A stretch of DNA of 64,000 nucleotides, from assembly GCA_963822965.1 (NCBI GenBank), contig CAWGJT010000006.1, positions 224,001 through 288,000 of the forward strand. Reading direction: 5' to 3'. The notes under the pieces are model-generated. The model had not been told where the DNA came from. It saw only the letters and a list, made by a program, of their open reading frames with translations, and did no database searches. Origin of the DNA: an uncultured delta proteobacterium. Lineage in GTDB: Bacteria; Myxococcota_A; UBA9160; UBA4427. Each line of letters starts with the position of its first letter. Positions within the stretch are counted from its first letter, which is position 1. The position numbers and the translations under genes were made by a program. Shown piece after piece: positions 29,432-41,134 of this stretch.

Positions 29432-30781
29432 CTAGCGTCCGAACCTGCGGTCGATCTCCTTCAGCATTCGCGAACGCACGGTCTCGTAGTCGGCGGGCAG
29501 CTCGATCGGGGGGTTCGGGTTCTCGGGCACGATGCCTTCGAGCTGCATCCGGTGGTAGTCGACCTTGAAGTCCACGAACTTGAGGCCGTGTGCCGTGGAG
29601 AGGACGATCACCCGGTCGCTCGGGGCGATGAGCCCCCGGCGGATGAGCTTCTTCATCGCGGCCAGGGCGACGCCCGTGTGCGGACAGTTGAAGAGACCCG
29701 TGCGATCCGCCTCCGCGCACGCCTCGACGAGCTCCGACTCGCTCGCCTGCTCGACGACGCCGTCGTAGCTGCGCAAGGTGGCGATGGCCTTCTCGATGGA
29801 GACGGGGTTGCCGATCTGGATCGCCGACGCCAGGGTCTTGCGCGCCGCGATCGGCTCGACGACCCGGAAGTCCTTCAGGTACGACAGATAGAGCGGATTG
29901 GCGGCCTCGGCCTGGGCCACGCAGATGCGCGGCTTGCGCCGGATGAGCCCCATCTCGAGCAGCATGTCGAGGCCCTTCCCCAGGGCGGACACGTTGCCGA
30001 GGTTGCCGCCGGGGATGACCAGCCAGTCCGGCACCTCCCAGTCGAGCTGGTGCAGGATCTCGAGGGCCACGGTCTTCTGCCCTTCCACGCGCAGGCTGTT
30101 CATGGAGTTCGCGAGGTACACCCCGTCCTGCCGGGCCACCTGCTTGACGATCTCCATACAGCCGTCGAAGTCGGTGTCGAGGGCGAACACCATGGCGCCG
30201 TTGGCGACTGGCTGGATGAGCTGTGCGATCGAGATCTTGCCTCGCGGCAGGAAGACCACCGCCGGAATGCCCGCTGCGGCCGCGTAGGCGGCGAGCGCCG
30301 CCGAGGTGTCCCCGGTGGAGGCACACGCCACCGCCGGAATCTCTCGGCCCCGTGCGATCATCTCCTTCACCATCGAGACGAGCACCGTCATCCCGAGGTC
30401 CTTGAAGGAGCCGGTGTGGGAGTTGCCGCACAGCTTGAGCCACAGCTCCGGCACGCCCAGCTGGCGACCGTAGCGCTCGGCCCAGAAGAGGTTGGTGTGG
30501 CCCTCGTACATGCTGACGACGTTGTCGTTGTCGATCTCGGGGAGCACCCACTCCTTGAAGCCCCAGACGCCCGAGCCGAAGGGCCAGTCGTTTCCGTGGG
30601 TCCGCTCCCGGAAGAGCTTCTTCCACTCCTCCGCGGGCGTCTTCTTCAGCTCCTCGACGTCGTGCACCACCTGCAGCAGACCGCCGGAGCGGTCGGTGTA
30701 CACGATCTCGTCGAGCCCGTAGCGCTCCTGCGGGTCGTGCAGGCTCTCGAACCACGCCCGGTAGCGGGGTTTGGCTTCCAT
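29432..30781 (-). CDS. thrC: Threonine synthase (plant-like subtype)
   Basis: [60 protein letters not shown]. Confidence 0.93.
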   Translation of the reverse strand: MEAKPRYRAWFESLHDPQERYGLDEIVYTDRSGGLLQVVHDVEELKKTPAEEWKKLFRERTHGNDWPFGSGVWGFKEWVLPEIDNDNVVSMYEGHTNLFWAERYGRQLGVPELWLKLCGNSHTGSFKDLGMTVLVSMVKEMIARGREIPAVACASTGDTSAALAAYAAAAGIPAVVFLPRGKISIAQLIQPVANGAMVFALDTDFDGCMEIVKQVARQDGVYLANSMNSLRVEGQKTVALEILHQLDWEVPDWLVIPGGNLGNVSALGKGLDMLLEMGLIRRKPRICVAQAEAANPLYLSYLKDFRVVEPIAARKTLASAIQIGNPVSIEKAIATLRSYDGVVEQASESELVEACAEADRTGLFNCPHTGVALAAMKKLIRRGLIAPSDRVIVLSTAHGLKFVDFKVDYHRMQLEGIVPENPNPPIELPADYETVRSRMLKEIDRRFGR

Positions 30782-30819
30782 CTGGGCCCTCCTCCGAGTT
30801 GGGGCTCGCGCCGAGCCGC

Positions 30820-32139
30820 TCAGAGATCGTCTTCGATCCGGATCAGCCGGGTCGGCGCGGTGACGTCCGGCAGGGAGTCCACGCGCGCCAGGGCGCGGCG
30901 CACGGCCGCCTCCTTGGCGGGATGTGTGAAGACCAGCACCGGCACGGAGCCGCCGGCGTCCGCCCGCCCGGGCTGGAGCACCGACTCGATGCCCACGCCC
31001 TCGTCGCCCAGGGCGCCCGTCAGGTGGGACAGCACCCCGGGCCGGTCGACCGCCGTGAAGCGCAGGTAGCAACGGGTGTAGAGGTCGCCGAGGGGCACCA
31101 GGGGGTGGTCGCGCAGCCCCAGGTGCGGGTACGAGAGGGGCGAGACCCGACCGGCGCCTCCGCGGCGGATCTCCCGCGCGATCTCCATCAGGTCGGCGCA
31201 CACCGCGCTGGCGGTGGGCATCTCGCCGGCGCCGGCACCGTAGTAGAGGGTCGGACCGACCGCGTCCCCACGGATCGCGACGGCGTTCATGGCGCCGTCG
31301 ACGGCGGCCAGCATGCTCGATTCGGGGATCAGGGTCGGATGGACGCGCGCCTCGATCGCCTCGCCCTCCCCCCGCGCCTTCGCGATGGCGAGCAGCTTGA
31401 TGCGATAGCCGAAGTCCATGGCCGCCTCGAAGTCGATGGGCAGCAGCCCCCGGATGCCTTCGGTCGGGATCTGCTTGACGTCGATGCGCACGCCGAACGA
31501 CATGGCGGCGAGCAGGGCCAGCTTGTGGGCGGCGTCGATCCCCTCCACGTCGAAGGTCGGATCCGCCTCCGCGTAGCCCAGCTCCTGGGCGCGCTTGAGC
31601 ACGACCTCGAAGTCCTCGCCAGTCTGCTCCATCTGGCTGAGCACGTAGTTCGTGGTGCCGTTGAGGATGCCCTCGACGGTCTGGATGCGATTGGCGGAGA
31701 GCCCCTCCCGCAGGGCGCGAAGGACCGGAATGCCGCCCCCCACCGCCGCCTCGAAGGCCACGTCGACGCCCTGGCCCTCCGCCGCCGAGAAGATCTCGCC
31801 GCCGTGCAGCGCCAGCAGCGCCTTGTTCGCCGTCACCACGTGCTTGCCCGCCTCGATCGCCTGCAGGATCAGGCGCCGCGCCACCTCGTAGCCGCCGATC
31901 AGCTCGATCACGATCTTGACGGCGGGGTCGGCGATCAGGGCGTCCGCGTCGGCGTCGAAGTGGATCCCCGTGAGATCGACGCCCCGATCCCTGTCGGTGT
32001 CGAGGTCCGCGATCCGCACCAATCGCAGCGGGAAGCCCAGCCGCTCCTCGATGATCGAGGCGTTGCGTTCCAGCACCTTCACGACTCCGGTCCCGATCGT
32101 CCCGAAGCCGAGCAGGCCGACTCCCACTGCGTCCGCCAT
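30820..32139 (-). CDS. hom: Homoserine dehydrogenase with ACT domain
   Basis: [53 protein letters not shown]. Confidence 0.96.
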   Translation of the reverse strand: MADAVGVGLLGFGTIGTGVVKVLERNASIIEERLGFPLRLVRIADLDTDRDRGVDLTGIHFDADADALIADPAVKIVIELIGGYEVARRLILQAIEAGKHVVTANKALLALHGGEIFSAAEGQGVDVAFEAAVGGGIPVLRALREGLSANRIQTVEGILNGTTNYVLSQMEQTGEDFEVVLKRAQELGYAEADPTFDVEGIDAAHKLALLAAMSFGVRIDVKQIPTEGIRGLLPIDFEAAMDFGYRIKLLAIAKARGEGEAIEARVHPTLIPESSMLAAVDGAMNAVAIRGDAVGPTLYYGAGAGEMPTASAVCADLMEIAREIRRGGAGRVSPLSYPHLGLRDHPLVPLGDLYTRCYLRFTAVDRPGVLSHLTGALGDEGVGIESVLQPGRADAGGSVPVLVFTHPAKEAAVRRALARVDSLPDVTAPTRLIRIEDDL

Positions 32140-32229
32140 CTCGCTTCTCCCGCTGCGTCCCGCTGAAGGGCCGCCTGCCTCGTCTCGCCGAGGGCCTGCT
32201 GCTGCGCCTCGCCAGGGCCCGAGGTCGCC

Positions 32230-33486
32230 TCAGCTCGACCCGTCCGGCTCGTCTTCGCCCGGGGTCCCGGCGTGCTCGGGCTCGGCCGTCGCGCCGCGCA
32301 GGAAGCGACGGATGCCGCGCACGGCCTGCCGGATGCGATGCTTGTTCTCGACCAGTGCGAAGCGCACGTGGCCCTCCCCCGCCTCGCCGAAGCCGATCCC
32401 GGCGGAGACGGCCACCTTCGCCTCGCGCAGAAGGAGCTTCGAGAACTCCAGCGAGCCCAGGGAGCGGAAGGGCTCCGGGATCGGCGCCCACACGAACATC
32501 GTCGCCAGCGGCTTGTCGATCTTCCAGGCGCCCGGACCGGGCTGCCCCAGGCCGTCGACGAGCACGTCGCGCCGCTCGCGGTAGATCTCGACGTTCTCGG
32601 TCACGCAGTCCTGGGGCCCGCGCAGCGCGGCGATGGCGCCGATCTGGATCGCCTGGGGCATGCCGTAGTCGAGATAGCTCTTGATGCGCGTGAGCGCGTG
32701 GATCATCTGTCGATTGCCGCTCGCGAAGCCCACGCGCCAGCCGGCCATGGAGTGGCTCTTCGAGAGCGACACGAACTCGATGGCGATGTCCTTCGCGCCC
32801 GGTACCTCGAGGATGCTGGGCGGCTTGTAGCCGTCGAAGCAGATCTCCGCGTAGGCGAAGTCGTGGAGGACCATCAGGTCGTGGGCTTTCGCGAACGCGA
32901 CGACGCGCTCGAAGAAGGCCCGGTCCACCACCTGCCCGGTCGGGTTCGCGGGGAAGGACAGGATGAGCATCTTCGGCTTGGGCCAGGTGTGGCGCACCGC
33001 CTGCTCGAGATTCTCGATGAAGTCGGTTCCGGGGGTGAGCGGGACGTTCCGCAAGTCGCCGCCGGCGATGATGACCGAGTATTGGTGGATGGGGTACGCC
33101 GGGTCGGGACACAGGACCACGTCGCCCGGGCCGATGGTCATCAGCACGAAGTGCGAGAGACCTTCCTTGGCGCCGATCACGGCGATCGCTTCGCCGTCCG
33201 GGTCGAGCTCGACCCCGTGTCGGCGCTGGTACCACTCCGTGATGCCGCGGCGCAGGTTCGGAATGCCGCGCGACTCCGAGTAGCGGTGGTTGCGCGGATT
33301 CCGGGCCGCCTCGCAGATCTTCTCGACCACGTGGGGCGGCGTGGGCAGATCGGGGTTGCCCATGCCGAGGTCGACGATGTCCTCGCCGGCGCGCCGCGCC
33401 GCGCGCATCAAGGCGATCACCTCCCCCAGGCTGTAGGGGGGCAGGCGGTTGAGCTTGTTGAAGTCGTGCCGGAATCGTTGGCTCAT
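32230..33486 (-). CDS. alaC: PLP aminotransferase class I (AlaC-like)
   Basis: [57 protein letters not shown]. Confidence 0.85.
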   Translation of the reverse strand: MSQRFRHDFNKLNRLPPYSLGEVIALMRAARRAGEDIVDLGMGNPDLPTPPHVVEKICEAARNPRNHRYSESRGIPNLRRGITEWYQRRHGVELDPDGEAIAVIGAKEGLSHFVLMTIGPGDVVLCPDPAYPIHQYSVIIAGGDLRNVPLTPGTDFIENLEQAVRHTWPKPKMLILSFPANPTGQVVDRAFFERVVAFAKAHDLMVLHDFAYAEICFDGYKPPSILEVPGAKDIAIEFVSLSKSHSMAGWRVGFASGNRQMIHALTRIKSYLDYGMPQAIQIGAIAALRGPQDCVTENVEIYRERRDVLVDGLGQPGPGAWKIDKPLATMFVWAPIPEPFRSLGSLEFSKLLLREAKVAVSAGIGFGEAGEGHVRFALVENKHRIRQAVRGIRRFLRGATAEPEHAGTPGEDEPDGSS

Positions 33487-33620
33487 GCTGGGTTCACTGT
33501 CGTCGGTTCGGGGTCGTCGGTTCAAGGGGTCGGTTCGGAGCCGGGAGTCCGAGCCGTGGCGACCCCTGGAGCCCGCCCTCCGGGGAGCCGCCCAATCCCG
33601 CAAGATTACTGGAGAATTCC

Positions 33621-34979
33621 TCAATCGGCCCGTTCCGACCGGGGACGGCTGCGAACGAAGAGCCAGTAGAAGGGAAGTCCCGCCAGCAGCATCCCCAGGC
33701 TGATCGCGCACTCGCGCGGACGCCCCGCCATCATGGCGCCGGCAATCGCCGCGTTCGCGGCCAGGTAGAGCCCCGGGACCACCGGATAGCCCCAGGCCCG
33801 GTACGGCCGGGGGCGCCCCGGCTGCCGCCACCGCAGCAGGTAGAGCGCGACCACGTCGGCGCTGGTCGCCAGCACCACGGCAAAGGTCGTGAAGTCGAGC
33901 GCCGAGGGAAAGCTCCGGAGCACCCCCAGCAGGACCACCGCCACGATCCCCTGCAGCAGGATCGACCCGGTGGGCGTCCGGTAGCGGGCGTGCACGTAGT
34001 CCGCCCCCCGGAAGAAGAGCCCGTCGAGGGACATCGCGTAGGCGATGCGCGGGCCCACCAGCACCGTGGCGTTCAGCGTGCCGAGGACCGAGACGAGCAC
34101 GAAGAGCGCCAGCAGTCGCCCGCCGACGGGGCCGAACAGCGCCTTCGCCGCGGCCTGGCCGGCGTCGGTCGTGCCCGCGAGCGCGTCGAGGGGCAAGGCG
34201 TAGAGATAGACGCCGTTCACCAGCACGTAGACCCCCATGCAGAGCAGCAGCCCCAGGAACAGCGAGCGCGGCAGGTTGCGGGAGGGATCGCGGATCTCAC
34301 TGCCCACGTAGACCGCGGCGTTCCAGCCGAGGAACGTGAACAGGATCGGGGACATGGCGAGACCGAAGGACGAGGCGGAGAAGTGAAAGCCCGGCGGCGC
34401 CGCGGCGGGCAGCAGACGCTCGGCATCGCCGCTGCCCAGGATCGGTCCCAGGAGCGCGAATGCGATCAGCGCCAGCACCTTCACCAGCGACGTGAGGTTG
34501 TTGGCCCGCGCGCCCCAGCGCGCCCCCACCCAGTTGAGGGCCGACGTGGCCACGGTCACGCCGATGGCGACCGCGAGGGTTCCCCCGCTGCCGAGGTGGA
34601 GCGGGCCGGCCACTCCCTCCGCGAAGGCCGCGGCCAGGGCCGCGATCGTGCCGGCGTAGATGGCGAAGAAGGTGAGCCAACCGACCAGGAAGCCCGCGAT
34701 CGGGTGGATCGCCTCGCGCAGGTAGACGTAGTCGCCCCCGGCGTGCGGAAACATGGTGGCCAGCTCGGCGTTCGCGAATGCGCCGGCCATCGAGAGAAGC
34801 GCGCCCACCGTCCAGGCGGCGAAGATCCAGCCGGGATGCGGGAGCAGCTCCGCCACCCGCCCGGGCGTGAAGAAGATCCCGGCGCCGATCACCGACGCCA
34901 CCAACAGGAAGGTGGCGTCGGTCAGCGTGAGCTGGCGTCCCAGGCGATCTCGGGGATGGCTCTCGGCACCAGCGTGCAT
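33621..34979 (-). CDS. APC-superfamily amino acid permease
   Basis: [51 protein letters not shown]. Confidence 0.9.
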   Translation of the reverse strand: MHAGAESHPRDRLGRQLTLTDATFLLVASVIGAGIFFTPGRVAELLPHPGWIFAAWTVGALLSMAGAFANAELATMFPHAGGDYVYLREAIHPIAGFLVGWLTFFAIYAGTIAALAAAFAEGVAGPLHLGSGGTLAVAIGVTVATSALNWVGARWGARANNLTSLVKVLALIAFALLGPILGSGDAERLLPAAAPPGFHFSASSFGLAMSPILFTFLGWNAAVYVGSEIRDPSRNLPRSLFLGLLLCMGVYVLVNGVYLYALPLDALAGTTDAGQAAAKALFGPVGGRLLALFVLVSVLGTLNATVLVGPRIAYAMSLDGLFFRGADYVHARYRTPTGSILLQGIVAVVLLGVLRSFPSALDFTTFAVVLATSADVVALYLLRWRQPGRPRPYRAWGYPVVPGLYLAANAAIAGAMMAGRPRECAISLGMLLAGLPFYWLFVRSRPRSERAD

Positions 34980-35015
34980 GGGCGCCCCCAGCGCCTCCCG
35001 GGACGCGCCTCCCGA

Positions 35016-37058
35016 TCAGGTCAGGAACGGGACCAGCAGCAGCGCGACGATGTTCACCAGCTTGAGCATCGGGTTGATGGCGGGACCGGCGGTGTCCTTG
35101 TACGGATCGCCGACCGTATCGCCCGTGACCGCCGCCTTGTGGGCGTCGGATCCCTTGCCCCCGTAGGCGCCCGACTCGATGAACTTCTTGGCGTTGTCCC
35201 AGGCGGCGCCGCCCACGGTCATCGAGATGGCGACGCACAGACCGCTCACGATCGACCCGATCAGGAGGCCGCCCAGGCCCTGGGTGCCGAGACCGGGCAG
35301 GAAGGCCACCGCGATCGGCACGCCGATGGGGAGCATGGCGGGCACGATCATCTCCCGCAGCGCGGCCCGCGCCACGATGTCGACGCAGTGGCTGTACTGC
35401 GGCCGGCCGGTGCCCTCCATGATGCCCGGAATCTCCCGGAACTGGCGGCGCACCTCCTGCACAACCTCCGCGGCGGCCTTGCCCACCGCGTCCATGGCGA
35501 ACGAGGCGAAGACGAAGGGCAGCGCGGCGCCCACGAAGAGCCCGGAGAGGACGGCGGTATTCGACAGATCGAAGCTCGTCACGATACCCACGGTCCTGAG
35601 GTCGGCGATGAACGTGGCGAAGAGGACGACGGCCGCGAGCCCGGCGGAAGCGATCGCGTAGCCCTTGGTGACCGCCTTGGTGGTGTTGCCGAAGGCGTCG
35701 AGGGGATCGGTGACGGCGCGGACGTCGTCGCCGAGCTCGGCCATCTCCGCGATGCCGCCGGCGTTGTCGGTGATGGGCCCGTAGGCGTCGATGCCGACGA
35801 TCAGGCCCGCCAGGGAGAGCATGCTCATGGCCGCGATGGCGACGCCATACATGCCGGCCATCGCATAGCAGCCCGTGATCGCCATCACGATGACCGCCAC
35901 CGGAACCACCGTCGAGTTCATGCCCACCGCCAGACCGCTGATGACGTTGGTGCCGTGGCCGCCCTCGCTCGCGGACGCGATCTTGTCGACGAAGCGCGAG
36001 CCGTCGCCCGTGTAGACGTCGGTGATCCAGAGCATGACGGCCGTGACCGCGGCGCCGGCCAGGGCGCACACCCACAACGCCATGCCGCTCAGGCTGTGGC
36101 CCTTGGCGTCCTGCAACGGAATGTCGATGACGTTGTTGGCGACGAGCAGGACGCCCAGCATCACGATCGTGGCAGCCCCGAGACCGATGTACATGGCGCG
36201 CATGACCGCCGGCTGCTCGCCGGGCGCCGGCTCGGAGATGCGGACCAGCGGAAGCGCGGCCAGCGACCCGATGATGCCCGCCGAGCCCACCGCCAGCGGG
36301 TACAGGAACATGGTGTGGTTGCCGGGGAAGATGATGTGGGCGAGCAGCATGGCGGCGGCCGCGGTCACCCCGTAGGTCTCGAAGAGGTCGGCGGCCATGC
36401 CCGCGCAGTCGCCGACGTTGTCCCCCACGTTGTCGGCGATCACCGCCGGGTTGCGGGGGTCGTCCTCGGGGATGTTGGCCTCCACCTTGCCGACCAGGTC
36501 GGCACCCACATCGGCGGCCTTGGTGAAGATGCCGCCCCCCAGGCGGGCGAAGACCGAGATGAGGGAGCCACCGAAGGCCAGGCCGATGATGGCGTCGGGG
36601 CTCGAGTAGCCCGTCGCGTCCATGATGACCACGAGCACGCACATGGTGAGCAGGCCCAGGCCCACCACCATCAGGCCCGTCACGGCGCCACCCTGGAAGG
36701 AGAGCGCGAAGGCGCGCCGGAAGCCGTCCGAGGCCGCGGCCGCGACGCGCACGTTGGCGCGCACGGACACGTTCATCCCGATGAAGCCGGCGGCGGCGCT
36801 CGCGCAGGCGCCCAGGACGAACCCGCCCGCGTACCACCAGTTGAGCGCGAAGCCGATCACCAGCAGGACCGGCACGCCCACCATGGCGACGGTCCGGTAC
36901 TGGCGGTTGAGGAAGGCGCTGGCGCCCTCCTTGATGGCGTCGGCGATGCCGTTGGCGCGCGCGTTGGGCGCCGGCGCCGCGAGCACGCTGCGGTAGAGGA
37001 AGCCGCCGACGACGATGGCGAGCATCGAGACCGCAAGGGAGATGACCGTCACAGACAT
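35016..37058 (-). CDS. hppA: Membrane-bound pyrophosphatase, K+-independent H+-pumping type
   Basis: [35 protein letters not shown] (Lys signature), [14 protein letters not shown]. Confidence 0.95.
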   Translation of the reverse strand: MSVTVISLAVSMLAIVVGGFLYRSVLAAPAPNARANGIADAIKEGASAFLNRQYRTVAMVGVPVLLVIGFALNWWYAGGFVLGACASAAAGFIGMNVSVRANVRVAAAASDGFRRAFALSFQGGAVTGLMVVGLGLLTMCVLVVIMDATGYSSPDAIIGLAFGGSLISVFARLGGGIFTKAADVGADLVGKVEANIPEDDPRNPAVIADNVGDNVGDCAGMAADLFETYGVTAAAAMLLAHIIFPGNHTMFLYPLAVGSAGIIGSLAALPLVRISEPAPGEQPAVMRAMYIGLGAATIVMLGVLLVANNVIDIPLQDAKGHSLSGMALWVCALAGAAVTAVMLWITDVYTGDGSRFVDKIASASEGGHGTNVISGLAVGMNSTVVPVAVIVMAITGCYAMAGMYGVAIAAMSMLSLAGLIVGIDAYGPITDNAGGIAEMAELGDDVRAVTDPLDAFGNTTKAVTKGYAIASAGLAAVVLFATFIADLRTVGIVTSFDLSNTAVLSGLFVGAALPFVFASFAMDAVGKAAAEVVQEVRRQFREIPGIMEGTGRPQYSHCVDIVARAALREMIVPAMLPIGVPIAVAFLPGLGTQGLGGLLIGSIVSGLCVAISMTVGGAAWDNAKKFIESGAYGGKGSDAHKAAVTGDTVGDPYKDTAGPAINPMLKLVNIVALLLVPFLT

Positions 37059-37373
37059 TTCGTTCTCCGCGAAGCTGGAGGGATTGCGTTCGGAGCTGAG
37101 GACGAGGGGCCGCGACGCCTTCGTTCGAGCGGTTCGATCGGATGGAACGCCAGGATCGCCGGCCCGCGGGCGGCGCGAAAACTAGACGTACACACCCCAA
37201 AAGTCCAGCCTGCATTGGGTTTTCGGGCGAGACGGCGGTTGGCACCGGGCCTGGAGAGCTGCTTCCCCCCGCGGGTAGAGGGGCTCTTCTGTCGCTATGC
37301 TCCGCCTCCGGCGACCGGCTGGGTACCCCGGCCTCGCCCGACGAGGCGCGCGAGAGTGCGACGGAGGAGGGAC

Positions 37374-38939
37374 ATGACGGCTGCATCCGGCACGAAGAGC
37401 GGAGCCGCGGTGCTGCTGGAGACGGCCTCGGCCGCAGGCGTGGACGTCTGCTTCGCCAACCCCGGAACCACCGAGATGCCCCTGGTGGCGGCCCTGGACG
37501 CGGTTCCCCGGGTGCGCGCCGTGCTGGCGCTGTTCGAGGGCGTGTGTACGGGCGCCGCCGACGGCTACGCACGCATGACGGGACGCCCGGCGCTCACCCT
37601 GCTGCACCTGGGTCCCGGGTTCGCCAACGGCATCGCCAATCTGCACAACGCCCGACGCGCCCGCAGCGCCGTCGTGAACCTGGTCGGCGATCAGGCGAGC
37701 TGGCACCTCGCAGCGGACGCGCCGCTCACCTCGGACATCGCATCCCTGGCGAGGCCCGTCTCCGGATGGCTCCGGTCGGCCCGCTCCGCCAGCGCACTGG
37801 GGACAGACATCGCGGACGCCATCTCCGTCGCGACAGGCCCGCCCGGCTGCGTGGCCACCTACGTGATCCCGGCGGACTACCAGGCGGAGCCGGGAGGCCC
37901 GGCCGGCACCGTCGCGCTGTCGCCGGCGGCGGCCGTGCCCGGGGATCGGATCGACACCGTGGCCGGGCGGCTCCGGGACGCCGGCGAACGCGGCGTCCTC
38001 TTCCTCGGCGGTGCCGCCCTCGGCGACCGGGGCCTGCAGGCCGCGGCCCGCGTCGCACACGCCACGGGGGCACGCCTGCGGGTGGAGACGTTCCCGGCGC
38101 GTTGGGAACGGGGAGCGGGAACGCCGGCCGTCGAGCGACTGGCGTACTTTCCGGAGCAGGCCCGGGCGGACCTGGCTCCGGCCGGGGTCGTCGTGCTGGC
38201 CGGCGCGCCCGCACCGGTGGCCTTCTTCGGGTATCCAGGAGAGGCGAGCGAGCTCGCGCCGACGGGCAGCACCGCCGTGCTCGCCGCCCCGGAAGAGACC
38301 GTGTGCGACGCGCTCGAGCAGCTCGCGGAGGCGCTGGCGCCGGGGAGCCCGGCCCCCGCGACCCTCCCGGCCGCTCCTCCGGCGGCACCTTCCGGAAAGC
38401 TCGACTCGGCGTCCGTGGGCGCCTGCCTCGCTCGCTGCCTGCCGGAGCACGCCATCGTGATGGACGAGTCGGCCACGTCCGGGCTGCCCTTCTACACCCT
38501 GTCCGCAGCCGCGAAGCCGCACACGCTGCTCGCGCTCACCGGGGGCGCCATCGGCCAGGGGCTGCCCGTCGCCACCGGCGCCGCCATCGCGTGTCCCGAC
38601 CGCAAGGTGATCGCCTTCCAGGCCGACGGCAGCGGCGCCTACACGCTGCAGTCCCTGTGGACCCAGGCGCGGGAGGGGCTCGACGTGGTGACCCTCCTCT
38701 GCTCGAACCGCGCCTATCGCATCCTGCAGGTGGAGCTCGTGCGCGCCGGCGTGGCCGAGCCCGGCCCCCAGGCGCGCTCGCTCACCCAGCTCGACCGGCC
38801 GCCTCTCGACTGGGTGTCCCTGGCGCGCGGCTTCGGGGTGCCCGCCACCCGGGTCGAGTCCGCCGAGGCGCTGCTCGAGGCCTTGCCGCGCGCCCTCGCC
38901 GAGCCCGGTCCCCAGCTCATCGAGATGATGATCGGGTAG
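37374..38939 (+). CDS. Acetolactate synthase large subunit-like TPP enzyme
   Basis: FANPGTTEM, LFEGVCTGAADGYAR, LHLGPG, TGGAIGQG, ADGSGAYT..NRAY; GGAGGAGG RBS. Confidence 0.9.
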   Translation: MTAASGTKSGAAVLLETASAAGVDVCFANPGTTEMPLVAALDAVPRVRAVLALFEGVCTGAADGYARMTGRPALTLLHLGPGFANGIANLHNARRARSAVVNLVGDQASWHLAADAPLTSDIASLARPVSGWLRSARSASALGTDIADAISVATGPPGCVATYVIPADYQAEPGGPAGTVALSPAAAVPGDRIDTVAGRLRDAGERGVLFLGGAALGDRGLQAAARVAHATGARLRVETFPARWERGAGTPAVERLAYFPEQARADLAPAGVVVLAGAPAPVAFFGYPGEASELAPTGSTAVLAAPEETVCDALEQLAEALAPGSPAPATLPAAPPAAPSGKLDSASVGACLARCLPEHAIVMDESATSGLPFYTLSAAAKPHTLLALTGGAIGQGLPVATGAAIACPDRKVIAFQADGSGAYTLQSLWTQAREGLDVVTLLCSNRAYRILQVELVRAGVAEPGPQARSLTQLDRPPLDWVSLARGFGVPATRVESAEALLEALPRALAEPGPQLIEMMIG

Positions 38940-38964
38940 CCTGGGCGCAGCCGAGGAGGCCGTC

Positions 38965-41098
38965 ATGACGCCGCGGATCGTCGCTCCGACCCTGGCCCTC
39001 GCATGTCTCGTCCTTCTCGCCTGCCACCGACCCGAGCCCGAGAGCCCCGAGCCCATCACGCCGCCCGCCGCCGCGGCGCCCGACGCGCCGCCACGTTCCA
39101 CCGCCGACCTTCCGGGGCTGCGGCGGAGCGGTCGCCTCCGCATCCTCGTCCAGCGACGCGGCGACGCCTGGCTGCCCCGGGACGGCTCACCGCTCGAGCA
39201 GGACCGGGACCAGGCCGCAGCGCTCGCGGCGGATCTCGATCTGCAGGCCGAGCTCGTGGCCCTGGACAACTTCGAGGACCTGATCCCCGCCCTGCTCGAC
39301 GGCCGCGGCGACCTGGTCGTGGCGAACCTCACCGCCACGGAGGCACGACGCAGCCGGGTGGCCTTCTCCCTGCCGATCGCCCTGGTGCGCGAGCAGGTCG
39401 TGACCCGCCAGGACGACGCGGCCCTGGCGACTCCCGCCGACCTCGCCGGGCGGCGGCTCGCCGTCCAGCGCTCATCCTCCTTCTGGCACAGCGCCGAGCG
39501 CCTGGCGGCCGAGCATCCCGGCCTCGAGGTGGTTGCCGCGCCAGAGGACCTGGACGAGGAAGGCCTGCTGGACGGCGTCGCCAAGGACCGCCTCGACCTC
39601 ACCCTGATGGACAGCAACGTGGTGGACGCGGCCCTGCACTGGCACGACGACCTGCGCGTCGCGTTCGACCTGGGCGAGAACCGCGTGATCGCCTGGGCGA
39701 TGCGGCCCGACGCGCACGAGCTGCGCAAGGCCGTGGACGGATTCCTGGCGAAGTCGGGGCGCAATCCGAACGCGCACGGGCGAGCGCTCCACGTGGACGA
39801 CCTGCCCGGGATGAAGGAGCGCGGCGTCCTGCGGGTGATCACGCGCAACAGCAGCACGAGCTACTTCATCACCCGCGGCGAGCTGGTCGGCTTCGAGTAC
39901 GACCTGGCGCGCCGGCTGGCGGACGAGCTCGACCTGCGTCTCGAGATCGTGGTGCCTCCGAGCCACGACACCCTGGTGCCGTGGCTGCTCGCCGGCAAGG
40001 GAGACCTCGTCGCCGCGGGGCTGACGGCGAGCCCCGAGCGCGCACGGCGCGAAGGCGTCGTCTTCTCGCGCATGATGAACGAGGTGCGCCAGACCGTGGT
40101 GGCCGGGGTCGGTCGAGAAGAGCGGTGGACGTCCCGTGCCGCGCGCCGTCGGCGAGCTGACCGGCCGCACCTTCGTCGTCCGCCGCAGCAGCTCCTACTG
40201 GGACACCCTGGAGGCCCTCCGCGACGAGGGCGTCGCGGACTTCGAGCTGGTGGCCGCACCCGAGAGCTACGAGACCGAGGAGATCATCGCGCGCGTCGGC
40301 AGCGGCGAGTACGACCTGACCCTGGCCGACAGCGACGTCCTGGCCGTCGAGCAGAGCTGGCGCGAAGACGTGGTGGCCGCCTTTCCCCTGGGCAACGAGA
40401 TCGCCCACGGCTGGGCGGTGCGGCCCGACAACCCGAAGCTCCTGGCGGCCATCGACGCCTTCTTCGACCGCGAGTACCGGGGACTCTTCTACAACGTGAC
40501 CCGGGACAAGTACTTCGGAAACGCCAGCTCGATCCGCGAGCGGCTCGCGTCGCGCCCGCGACACACGGGCTGGATCTCGCCCTACGACGACGTGGTCAAG
40601 CGCCTCTCCCCGCGCTTCGGGTTCGACTGGCGGCTGGTGGTGGCCCAGATGTTCCAGGAGAGCCGCTTCGACCCGAAGGCGCGCTCGTTCGCCGGAGCGC
40701 GGGGGCTGCTGCAGGTGATGCCGCGCACCGCCCGGGAGCTGGGCTACCAGAACCTCGACGATCCCGAGACGGGAATCCAGGCGGGGCTCGACTATCTGGC
40801 CTGGGTGCGGGAGCGCTTCGACGCGGGCCTGCCGGCCTCCGAGCGGACCTGGATGTCGCTGGCCGCCTACAACGTGGGCCCGGGCCACGTGCGCGACGCA
40901 CGGCGCATCGCCGTCGAGCAGGGCCTCGACCCGAACCGTTGGTTCGGAAACGTCGAGAAGGCGCTGCTCCTCAAGCAACGCCCCGAGATCCATCGGAAGA
41001 CCCGCTTCGGGTACGCGCGCGCCCAGGAGCCCGTCGCCTACGTGCGCGCCATCCGCGACCGCTACGAGGCCTACCTGCAGTCGGGCGCCGGATCGTGA
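38965..41098 (+). CDS. mltF: MltF-like lytic transglycosylase lipoprotein with duplicated substrate-binding domains (frameshift ~40110)
   Basis: Lipobox LLAC; two SBP repeats (LIPALLDGRGDLV; LVPWLLAGKGDLV); QESRFDP..GARGLLQVMP..AAYNVG. Confidence 0.82.
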
Positions 41099-41134
41099 GG
41101 GCGATGCGACCCCGGCCGGTCTCGCTCGCGCTCG

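Noticed and set aside
37240..37255. Sigma54-like TGGCAC upstream of the ALS gene
   Set aside because: The -12 element is CTGG rather than TTGC; too weak to call.
25965..38939. Very long ORFs (1596, 1267, 1649 aa) and many long antisense ORFs
   Set aside because: Stop-poor shadow frames typical of very high GC DNA; only their C-terminal parts (protease, ThrC, ALS) are real and have their own starts.
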